A stretch of 21,729 bases of DNA from Candidatus Eiseniibacteriota bacterium. GTDB lineage: Bacteria > Eisenbacteria > RBG-16-71-46 > SZUA-252. Shown piece after piece: positions 14,890-21,729 of this stretch. Where the stretch lies: contig JANMQV010000158.1 of the NCBI GenBank assembly GCA_031370645.1, positions 1 to 21,729 on the forward strand, read 5' to 3'. Numbering within the stretch: position 1 is the first letter of the stretch; each line of letters starts with the position of its first letter. The notes under the pieces were generated by a model. It was not told where the DNA came from, ran no database searches, and worked only from the letters and a program-made list of their open reading frames with translations. The translations under genes were made by a program, and so were the position numbers.

Positions 14890-17385
14890 ATTAACGACAG
14901 CCTATCGCGCCACCTCACCGAGCGCCACGACGCGCCCGGGCGGGACGGCGCCCGCGAACACGCCGAAAGCGTCCTCGAATTCCAGGTCGCGCTCGACGCC
15001 ATTGCGGGCCGCTGCCGTTCCACGCCGGGACGCGATCACGTGCGCGCGCTCCGGCCGCTCGATCGGGTCGAGACCGCGCGCGCCGAGCAGTTCGTCACTG
15101 CCGATCTCCTGGCCGCGCACGCCGCCGCGGATCCGCCTCCGACCGTAGCCCCGCCCGACCTGCGGCCGCTGCTGGGACGGCTCCGGCACGAGGGCGCCAC
15201 GCTGCGTGGCGAGGAGCTCTGGCTCCTGGCCACGCTCTTGGAGCAGGCGGGGCTGATCGCTTCGTGGCGCGCCCGTGGCGGGAAGGGCTACGACGGTCTC
15301 GGGGCGCTCCTCGACGGGCTCGACCCGCTCGACGGGTTGCGGCGCGATCTGGTCGGCGCCATCGATCCTTCGGGAGTGGTGAAGGACGACGCCACGTCGG
15401 ATCTCGCTCGCGCGCGGCGCTCCATTCGCGCGCTCCGGGAGCGGATCGCGAATCGCCTCGAATCGGTGCTTCGTTCGCTCGGCCTCGCCGAGAGCTTCGT
15501 CACGCTCCGAGAAGGGCGCTACGTCGTCTCCGTTCCGAGCGGGAATCGTCGCTCGGTGCCGGGGCACGTCCTCGGGCACTCGGGTTCGGGGGCGAGCGTC
15601 TTCGTCGAGCCTCGCGACGTCGCGGAGGCGAACGAGGAACTCGCCGACCTCGAGATCGAGGAGTTGCGGGAAGTGGAGCGGATTTTGCGCGAGCTCTCGC
15701 TCCGCGCGCACCGCGACCACCCCGCGATCGAGCGCGACTTCGAGATCCTGGCGCGGCTCGACGGGGCCGAAGCGATCGTGGCGTGGGCGCGCGAATCAGG
15801 CGCGACGATGCCCGAATTGTCGGACGACGAAGAGCGCGTGTTCGAGTATCGCGCGGCGCGTCATCCGATTCTGGTCGAGCGGCATCGCCGCGGGGAAATG
15901 GGCCCGCCGGTGGCGCTCGACTTGAAGCTCGACGCACGCGATCGCGTGGTGCTCGTCACCGGGCCGAACATGGGCGGGAAGACGGTCGCGATGAAGACGG
16001 TCGGACTCCTGGCGCTCCTCGCGATGGCGGGGCTCCCGGTGCCGGCTTCGTCGGGGACGCGCGTTCCGTGGTTCGACCGGCTCCTCTGCGACATCGGCGA
16101 CGAACAGTCGCTGCAGGACGACGTCAGCACGTTTCTCTCGCATCTCCGACGCCTTGGCGAGGCGGTGCGGCTCGCGACGTCGAAGAGCCTCGTGCTCCTC
16201 GACGAACTCGGTTCGGGAACCGATCCGGCCGAGGGCGCGGCACTCGGGCGTGCGATTCTGGAATCGATTCGAGATCGCGGCGCGCTCTGCGTGACGACGA
16301 CGCACTTCGGAAGTCTGAAAACCTTCGCGCACGACGCGGAGGGGGTGCGAAACGCATCGATGGCGTTCGACGAGGAGGCGCTTCGTTCGCTCTTCCGCCT
16401 CGTGGTCGGCGTGCCGGGCGGAAGTCGCGCGCTTCAGGTGGCCGAGCGCTTCGGCATGGACGAGTCGGTGCTCGCGCGCGCGCGAACGCTCCTGCCGAAA
16501 GGCGAACAGGATCTGAATCGGCTGATCGAGGAACTCGGCCGCCTCCGGAAGGAAGCCGAAGCGGAACAGGCCGAACTCTCCCGCACGCGGGCGACGCTGG
16601 CGCTTCGCGAAGGGGAGTTGAAGACGGCCCGTGACCGGCTCGACGCCGAGCGGAAGGAGCGGAAGCAGAGCGAACTCGAGGCGCGCCGCGAACTGCTCCG
16701 CACCCTGGAACGGCAGATCGACGAGTACCGGAAGCGGCTCCGTACGGAGGGGAAGGCGAGCCACGAAACGCTCCGCGAGGTGCGTGGCGCGGCCCGCTCC
16801 ATCGAAGAAGCGATCGAGTCGGAAACAGAAGGGCCAACGATGCAAGCCGGATTGCCCGTCCAAGAAGCTGCGCTCGGGGATCACGTGTTGATTCCGGCTC
16901 TGAACGCGACCGGCGTGATTCTCTCGACGCCCGACGGGGATGGACGCGTCCGCGTCAAGATCGGCGGCGCGACGGCGGTTCTCCCGATGTCGCAATTGCG
17001 GCGCGCCGGAGGCGCCGCCGAGGCGCGAGCCGCGGCCGACGCGGGCGCCGCGCGGGCCGTCGAGCGCTCGGCCGAACGAATGGGCGGCGGAAGCGCCTCC
17101 CCTCGCCCGGCGACGGGCGGCGGGAGCCACGACGTGGAAGAGGTAGGGACCGAGATCGACGTGCGCGGATTCGAAGCCGACGACGCGGTGCGCGCCGTGG
17201 AGCGCTTTCTGGAGGACGCCGCCATGAGCGGACACCAGACGGCGCGGATCATCCACGGCAAGGGGAAAGGAATCCTTCGCGATCAGATGAAGCGCTTCCT
17301 GTCGCGGAATTCCCTCGTGAAGGAATTCCGGCTCGGGGAGATCCGGGAAGGGGGCACGGGCGTCACCGTCGTGACCCTGTCGTAG
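14890..17385 (+). CDS. mutS2: Endonuclease/ATPase MutS2 with C-terminal Smr domain; start uncertain (probably non-canonical)
   Basis: Walker A TGPNMGGKT, DIGDEQS, STF.SH, LLDELGSGTDP.EG, TTH, coiled coil, KOW-like segment, Smr IDVRG...IIHGKG.G...G.GVT. The family N-terminus (VLEFQVALDAIAGRCRSTPGR) lies in frame upstream of GTG 15040. Confidence 0.95.
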   Translation: MNDSLSRHLTERHDAPGRDGAREHAESVLEFQVALDAIAGRCRSTPGRDHVRALRPLDRVETARAEQFVTADLLAAHAAADPPPTVAPPDLRPLLGRLRHEGATLRGEELWLLATLLEQAGLIASWRARGGKGYDGLGALLDGLDPLDGLRRDLVGAIDPSGVVKDDATSDLARARRSIRALRERIANRLESVLRSLGLAESFVTLREGRYVVSVPSGNRRSVPGHVLGHSGSGASVFVEPRDVAEANEELADLEIEELREVERILRELSLRAHRDHPAIERDFEILARLDGAEAIVAWARESGATMPELSDDEERVFEYRAARHPILVERHRRGEMGPPVALDLKLDARDRVVLVTGPNMGGKTVAMKTVGLLALLAMAGLPVPASSGTRVPWFDRLLCDIGDEQSLQDDVSTFLSHLRRLGEAVRLATSKSLVLLDELGSGTDPAEGAALGRAILESIRDRGALCVTTTHFGSLKTFAHDAEGVRNASMAFDEEALRSLFRLVVGVPGGSRALQVAERFGMDESVLARARTLLPKGEQDLNRLIEELGRLRKEAEAEQAELSRTRATLALREGELKTARDRLDAERKERKQSELEARRELLRTLERQIDEYRKRLRTEGKASHETLREVRGAARSIEEAIESETEGPTMQAGLPVQEAALGDHVLIPALNATGVILSTPDGDGRVRVKIGGATAVLPMSQLRRAGGAAEARAAADAGAARAVERSAERMGGGSASPRPATGGGSHDVEEVGTEIDVRGFEADDAVRAVERFLEDAAMSGHQTARIIHGKGKGILRDQMKRFLSRNSLVKEFRLGEIREGGTGVTVVTLS

Positions 17386-17392
17386 GAAGGCC

Positions 17393-19264
17393 ATGAATCC
17401 GCTCGGCGCCGGGGAGGCGAAAGAAGCGGTTCGCGCCGCCACCGACATCGTTCAATTGATCGGCGAAAAGGTGCGGTTGCGACGGGTCGGAACGCGGTGG
17501 AGCGGACTCTGTCCCTTCCACAACGAGAAGACCCCATCGTTCACGGTGAATCCGGAGCGCCAGATTTGGCACTGCTTCGGGTGTAGCAAGGGTGGCGACG
17601 TCTTCGCCTTTCTGATGGAGACCGACAAGGTCACCTTTCCCGAGGCGCTCTCGATCCTGGCCGAGCGCGCGGGGATCGAGCTTCCGAAAGGCGGCGGCGG
17701 TCCAGGCGCCGCGGCCCGAGATCGATTGCTGCAAGCGAACGCGCTGGCGGGCGACTTCTTTCAGGCGTCGCTTCGCTCCGAGCCGGGAGCGAGGGCGCGG
17801 GCGTATCTCGCGGGACGCGGATTCAGCGGCGCCATTCTCGACGTCTTTCACGTCGGGTGGGCGCCGGATCAGTGGGAAGCGCTCGGTTCGGCGCTCGGAA
17901 AACTCCTTCCGGCGAAGACGCTGGAGGAGGCGGGGTTGACCCTTCGCCGTGGCGACGGTTCGCATTTCGATCGTTTTCGGAATCGAATCATCTTTCCGGT
18001 GGAGACCGCGCCGGGAAAGACGGCGGGGTTCGGGGCGCGAGCGATCGTGCCGGAAGATCAGCCGAAGTATTTGAACTCGTCGGAGTCGATGGTCTTCCGG
18101 AAAGGGAGCCTCCTGTTCGGGCTGCCGCAGGCGAGGTCGGCCATTCGGGAGCGAAAGGAGGTCTTGGTGGCCGAGGGCTACCTGGACGTTCTTCGGCTCC
18201 ACGCGGCGGGCTTCACGAACGCGGTGGCGACGTGCGGGACGGCGCTCACGCCCGAGCATGCGAGAGCGCTGGCGCGGTTCGAGGCGGGCGTGGTGCTCGT
18301 CTACGACGGTGACGCGGCCGGTGTTAGGGCGGCCGATCGAGGGCTCGATCCGCTCTTGGCGGCGGGGCTCGCGGTGCGCGTCCTGCTCCTTCCCGCGGGG
18401 GAGGATCCGGACTCGTTCCTGGCGAAGTCGTCGCGCGACGCGTTCGCGACCCTGCTGGCGGAGGCACGGGACGTCCCCGGCTTCCTCGCGGAGGCGTCGA
18501 TCGGCGGAGGAGCGGCTGGCGCGGACCCATCGCTCGAAGCGCGGGTACGAAGGTTTGTGGGGCTCCTGCAGCGCGTGGAGGACCCGATCCGCCGCCGGCT
18601 CCTCGTGCGAAGAGGGGCGGAGGCGTTCGGGCTCGAAGAAGGGGTTCTCCTCGAGGCCGCGGCGAAACGCACGCCCGGTTCCGGGCCGAAGGCGGCTCGA
18701 GGCACGCGGCCCGCTGAAGGCGCCGCGGAGCCCGCGGGAGCGGCGGGGCAGCCCGGACGCGAAGGGGCGAGCGCGACCGCGGGAGGTGGCGATTCGCGCC
18801 ACGAGACGCCCGCCGTGACGGCCGAGAAGCTCGACCCGGCCGAGCGCGAACTGGCGGCCCGGGCGCTGACGGAGGAAGGGGCCCTGCGAGCGATCGGGGA
18901 GGCGGGAGGGATCGCCTGCTTCGTGACCCCGGAGCTGCGGGAGATCTTGGAGCCCTGGGTCGCGTCGGGGCAGCCGCCCCTGGCGGAGGAGCGGGACCGG
19001 TTGGTCGACGAGCATCCCCTGGTTCGGGGGATCCTTGCCGTTCACCCGGTGGAAGATGCGGTGCCGTTGGATGAGCAGCAGCGGACGGCCCGCGGACTGA
19101 TCGAACGTCTGGAAGAGCGCCGCCTGCGGTCGGCCATCCAGGTCCTCGACCGTGCCATTCGAGAAGCGGAACAGTCGCGGGACGCCTCGCTGGATCGGCT
19201 TGTCGCCGAACGGCGAGATCTCGCATCAAAACTTCATCAACGGAGCCAAAGCCCGGTTTCCTAG
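17393..19264 (+). CDS. dnaG: DNA primase
   Basis: Zinc-binding [11 protein letters not shown]...[43 protein letters not shown]. Confidence 0.98.
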   Translation: MNPLGAGEAKEAVRAATDIVQLIGEKVRLRRVGTRWSGLCPFHNEKTPSFTVNPERQIWHCFGCSKGGDVFAFLMETDKVTFPEALSILAERAGIELPKGGGGPGAAARDRLLQANALAGDFFQASLRSEPGARARAYLAGRGFSGAILDVFHVGWAPDQWEALGSALGKLLPAKTLEEAGLTLRRGDGSHFDRFRNRIIFPVETAPGKTAGFGARAIVPEDQPKYLNSSESMVFRKGSLLFGLPQARSAIRERKEVLVAEGYLDVLRLHAAGFTNAVATCGTALTPEHARALARFEAGVVLVYDGDAAGVRAADRGLDPLLAAGLAVRVLLLPAGEDPDSFLAKSSRDAFATLLAEARDVPGFLAEASIGGGAAGADPSLEARVRRFVGLLQRVEDPIRRRLLVRRGAEAFGLEEGVLLEAAAKRTPGSGPKAARGTRPAEGAAEPAGAAGQPGREGASATAGGGDSRHETPAVTAEKLDPAERELAARALTEEGALRAIGEAGGIACFVTPELREILEPWVASGQPPLAEERDRLVDEHPLVRGILAVHPVEDAVPLDEQQRTARGLIERLEERRLRSAIQVLDRAIREAEQSRDASLDRLVAERRDLASKLHQRSQSPVS

Positions 19265-19296
19265 GTTCGCGTCACCGACAAAGGAGAGTCCCAGGG

Positions 19297-21042
19297 ATGA
19301 AGCGCGAGAAGGTGGATCGCCTTCAGGATTTGAAGGCGCTGGCCGGCAAGCAGCAGTACCTGCTGCACGACCAGATCGAGACCTTCCTGGACGAGAGCGC
19401 GTCCGTCGACGAGATGGACGAGGTGTACATCGCGCTCAACGACTGGAAGGTCGACATCTTCGATACCCACGAAGAGGCGCAGCTGAAGCTGCGGATCAAG
19501 CGTCGCGAGGAGAAGCGTCCGCCCGACAAGCAGGTGGCGGCGCCGAGCGTCAAGTACGACGATCCCGTTCGCATGTACCTCCGCGAAATGGGACGCGTGC
19601 CGCTCCTCGACCGCGAGGGCGAAGTGGAGATTGCGAAGCGGATCAAGGCGGGAGAGCGGCAAATCTGCAATGCCATGTTCCGGTCGCCGCCGATCTTGAA
19701 GGATTTCCTCACCTACGGCACGAAGCTGAAGCAGAACAAGATCCGCGTGGAGGACTTCACGCAGATCGACTTCGGCAATTGGAATCCCGAATTCTCGCCC
19801 AAGAAGGAGCGGGCGCGGGCCCTGAAGGCGCTCGACAAGATCCGCTCGGCGGCGGCCAAACTCGCCAAGCACCAGGAGAAGACGGTCGGCCGACTCTCGG
19901 ACGAGAAGAAGAAGCAGCACCACGACAAGTTTCGTTCGCTCGACGAGGAGCTGCTTCGCGACATCGCCGACCTGAACGTCAATAACCGCCTCATCGACCG
20001 GATGGCCGGGCGCGTGAAGGAGAATGCCCGCTTCGTCGACGAGTGCGAGAGCGAGTTCGTGGAGTTGGAGCAGAAGTGGGGGAAGACCGGCGAGGAGATC
20101 GCCGCACTCCTTCGCCGCGCCAAGAAGAGCAAGAAGGAAGCGACGCAGATCAAGCGGGAAGCCCACCTCGACGCGGAGGACTTCGAGACGTACGACCGGG
20201 CGGTGAAGAACGCCCGGAAGAAGATCCGGAAGGTCGAGGAAGAGGCGAACATGTCGCGCGACGACATCAAGGAAGTGGCCCGCGAGATTCGCTCGGGCGA
20301 AATCGCGCGCGACAAGGCGAAGCGGGAGATGATCGAGGCGAACGTCCGTCTCGTGATCTCGATCGCCAAGCGCTACACGAATCGCGGACTCGAGTTCCTC
20401 GACTTGATCCAGGAGGGAAACAGCGGCCTCATGCGCGCGGTCGACAAGTTCGACTACCGCAAGGGCTACAAATTCTCGACTTACGCGACCTGGTGGATTC
20501 GTCAGGCCATCACGCGCGCCATCGCCGACCAGGCGCGGACGATCCGCGTTCCGGTTCACATGATCGAGGCGATCAACAAGGTGGTTCGCACGTCGCGGCG
20601 GCTGGTGCAGGAGCTCGGCCGGGAGCCGACGCCCGAAGAAGTGGCGGTTCGCCTCGCCATGCCGGTGGACAAGATTAAGAGCGTGCTGAAGGCGGCGCAG
20701 GAGCCGATTTCACTCGACCGGCCGATCGGCGAGGACGACGACTCGAGCCTCGGCGATTTCATCGAGGACACGTCGGTCGTCTCTCCGGCGCAGGCAGCGG
20801 CCTTTTCCATGCTGAAGGACGAAGTGAACGAAGTGCTCGAGACGCTCAGCAAGCGGGAGGCGCGCGTCATTCGCCTTCGCTTCGGGCTGACCGAGGACGG
20901 CTGTCCGCGAACGCTGGAAGAAGTGGGCGCGACGTTCAACGTGACACGCGAACGCATTCGCCAGATCGAGGCGAAGGCGCTACGGAAGCTCCGCCATCCG
21001 ACGCGCAGTCGTCGGCTCAAGGGGTACATCGAAGCCATGTGA
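19297..21042 (+). CDS. rpoD: RNA polymerase primary sigma factor (sigma70) with non-conserved region
   Basis: [87 protein letters not shown]; follows dnaG. Confidence 0.99.
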   Translation: MKREKVDRLQDLKALAGKQQYLLHDQIETFLDESASVDEMDEVYIALNDWKVDIFDTHEEAQLKLRIKRREEKRPPDKQVAAPSVKYDDPVRMYLREMGRVPLLDREGEVEIAKRIKAGERQICNAMFRSPPILKDFLTYGTKLKQNKIRVEDFTQIDFGNWNPEFSPKKERARALKALDKIRSAAAKLAKHQEKTVGRLSDEKKKQHHDKFRSLDEELLRDIADLNVNNRLIDRMAGRVKENARFVDECESEFVELEQKWGKTGEEIAALLRRAKKSKKEATQIKREAHLDAEDFETYDRAVKNARKKIRKVEEEANMSRDDIKEVAREIRSGEIARDKAKREMIEANVRLVISIAKRYTNRGLEFLDLIQEGNSGLMRAVDKFDYRKGYKFSTYATWWIRQAITRAIADQARTIRVPVHMIEAINKVVRTSRRLVQELGREPTPEEVAVRLAMPVDKIKSVLKAAQEPISLDRPIGEDDDSSLGDFIEDTSVVSPAQAAAFSMLKDEVNEVLETLSKREARVIRLRFGLTEDGCPRTLEEVGATFNVTRERIRQIEAKALRKLRHPTRSRRLKGYIEAM

Positions 21043-21062
21043 TCGCCGGCGGCGTCGGCGGC

Positions 21063-21092
21063 TTGACCCTGCGAGGAGCAGGGTGCTAGATT
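21063..21092 (+). promoter_or_regulatory. Sigma70-type promoter for the downstream tRNA pair
   Basis: TTGACC (21063-21068), 18-nt spacer, TG-n-TAGATT (21087-21092). Confidence 0.62.
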
Positions 21093-21132
21093 GGCCCGCT
21101 CCGGTCCCTGACTCGAACCATGCGCACATTGC

Positions 21133-21206
21133 GGGCCCATAGCTCAGCTGGTGAGAGCACCCGGCTCATAACCGGGCGGACCTTGGTTCGAGTCCAAGTG
21201 GGCCCA
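21133..21206 (+). tRNA. tRNA with CAT anticodon, most likely tRNA-Ile2 (lysidine); CCA not encoded
   Basis: Acceptor stem GGGCCCA/TGGGCCC with paired G1-C72 and no GGG/CCC next to the anticodon loop (so not initiator); CCCGG-CTCATAA-CCGGG; followed by A-ATC. Ile2 rather than elongator Met is inferred from the GGGCCC stem and the position after rpoD. Confidence 0.9.
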
Positions 21207-21228
21207 ATCTTTCGACGCGAGGGTACGC

Positions 21229-21304
21229 GGGCGGTTAGCTCAGTTGGGAGAGCGCTGGTATCACAAGCCAGAGGTCGCAGGTTCAATCCCTGCACCGCCC
21301 ACCA
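21229..21304 (+). tRNA. tRNA-Val (CAC)
   Basis: Acceptor stem GGGCGGT/ACCGCCC, anticodon arm CTGGT-ATCACAA-GCCAG, T arm GCAGG-TTCAATC-CCTGC, encoded ACCA; 76 nt. Confidence 0.93.
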
Positions 21305-21307
21305 TTC

Positions 21308-21340
21308 GCGGGGAGCGCGCTGTAGCGCTCCCCGTTTTTT
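21308..21340 (+). terminator. Rho-independent terminator after the tRNA pair
   Basis: GCGGGGAGCGC-GCTGTA-GCGCTCCCCGT followed by a T run. Confidence 0.88.
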
Positions 21341-21361
21341 CATCCCCGGAGGGTTCATTCC

Positions 21362-21729
21362 GTGAGCGTGTTGCCGGAACTCGCCCTCCTGTTGGAATTG
21401 CAGCGCCGTGACGCCCTCCTCGCGGAGAGTCGGCGGCGCCAGGGGGAGATCCCCAAACGGCGGCAGGCGCTCGCCCTGGCACTCGATCGAGCCAAATCGA
21501 CCCTTCTCGGCATCCAAAGGGAGCGGGAGGCGGTTCGGCTCTCGCGGCGAGTTCTCGAGAAAGAGGTCGAATCGTTCCAGGTGGAAACCGCCCGGCTCGA
21601 GAAGCAGCTCTTCGACGTGAAGACGAACGACGCGTACACCGCGATGCAGCACCAGATCGCAAACGTGAAATCGAAGCGCTCCGATCGCGAGACCGAAATC
21701 CTGGAATTGATGGACCGCGAGGAGTCGCT
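21362..21729 (+). CDS. Coiled-coil N-terminus of a C4-type zinc-ribbon protein (COG1579, CT398-like), 3'-truncated by the window edge
   Basis: Absent from the ORF track because it has no stop. SD GGAGG 21348-21352, GTG 21362; MSVLPELALLLELQRRD...EIP...QLFDVKTNDAYTAMQHQI...ETEILELM matches the family pattern I recall. The zinc ribbon itself is outside the window. Confidence 0.8.
   Translation, partial: MSVLPELALLLELQRRDALLAESRRRQGEIPKRRQALALALDRAKSTLLGIQREREAVRLSRRVLEKEVESFQVETARLEKQLFDVKTNDAYTAMQHQIANVKSKRSDRETEILELMDREES

Noticed and set aside
21133..21206. Initiator tRNA-fMet
   Set aside because: Positions 1 and 72 are paired (G-C) and the anticodon stem lacks the three consecutive G-C pairs next to the loop.
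21120..21365. 81-aa ORF after rpoD
   Set aside because: It spans two tRNA genes and a terminator.
1198..21662. Many long minus-strand and alternate-frame ORFs (for example 7086..8948, 15796..17448, 17363..19045, 19261..20559)
   Set aside because: They are shadows of well-supported plus-strand genes in high-GC DNA where stop codons are rare. They are Arg/Ala/Gly-rich and carry no recognisable motifs.
1..21729. CRISPR array, IS element, defence or toxin-antitoxin system
   Set aside because: No spaced direct repeats, transposase motifs or unassigned intervals large enough to hold them; almost all sequence is accounted for by housekeeping genes.

Overview
High-GC bacterial chromosomal housekeeping region with every supportable gene on the + strand and no mobile element, CRISPR array or rRNA. 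Gene order: 5'-truncated sensor-kinase-like gene; tRNA-Phe(GAA); tRNA-Thr(CGT); glmM-like mutase; glmS; ridA; selD; selC (tRNA-Sec); small membrane protein; DUF5683-like exported protein; lepA; lepB; hemW; promoter plus CIRCE; hrcA; grpE; dnaJ (no dnaK); rsmE; rpsU; mutS2; dnaG; rpoD; tRNA(CAT, Ile2-like); tRNA-Val(CAC); terminator; 3'-truncated coiled-coil gene (COG1579-like). The ORF track misses three things. (1) selD is a selenoprotein read through an in-frame UGA (CxxU..K) with a SECIS-like hairpin, next to tRNA-Sec and overlapping ridA. (2) The histidine kinase has Gln at the phospho-acceptor His position and degenerate ATP-binding boxes, so it is a candidate pseudokinase. (3) The conserved MutS2 N-terminus lies upstream of any ATG/GTG/TTG, which points to a non-canonical start (probably ATT). 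I see no clearly new multi-gene system. The novelty is in recoding, regulation and degenerate enzymes. All family assignments come from motif recognition by eye, not from database searches.
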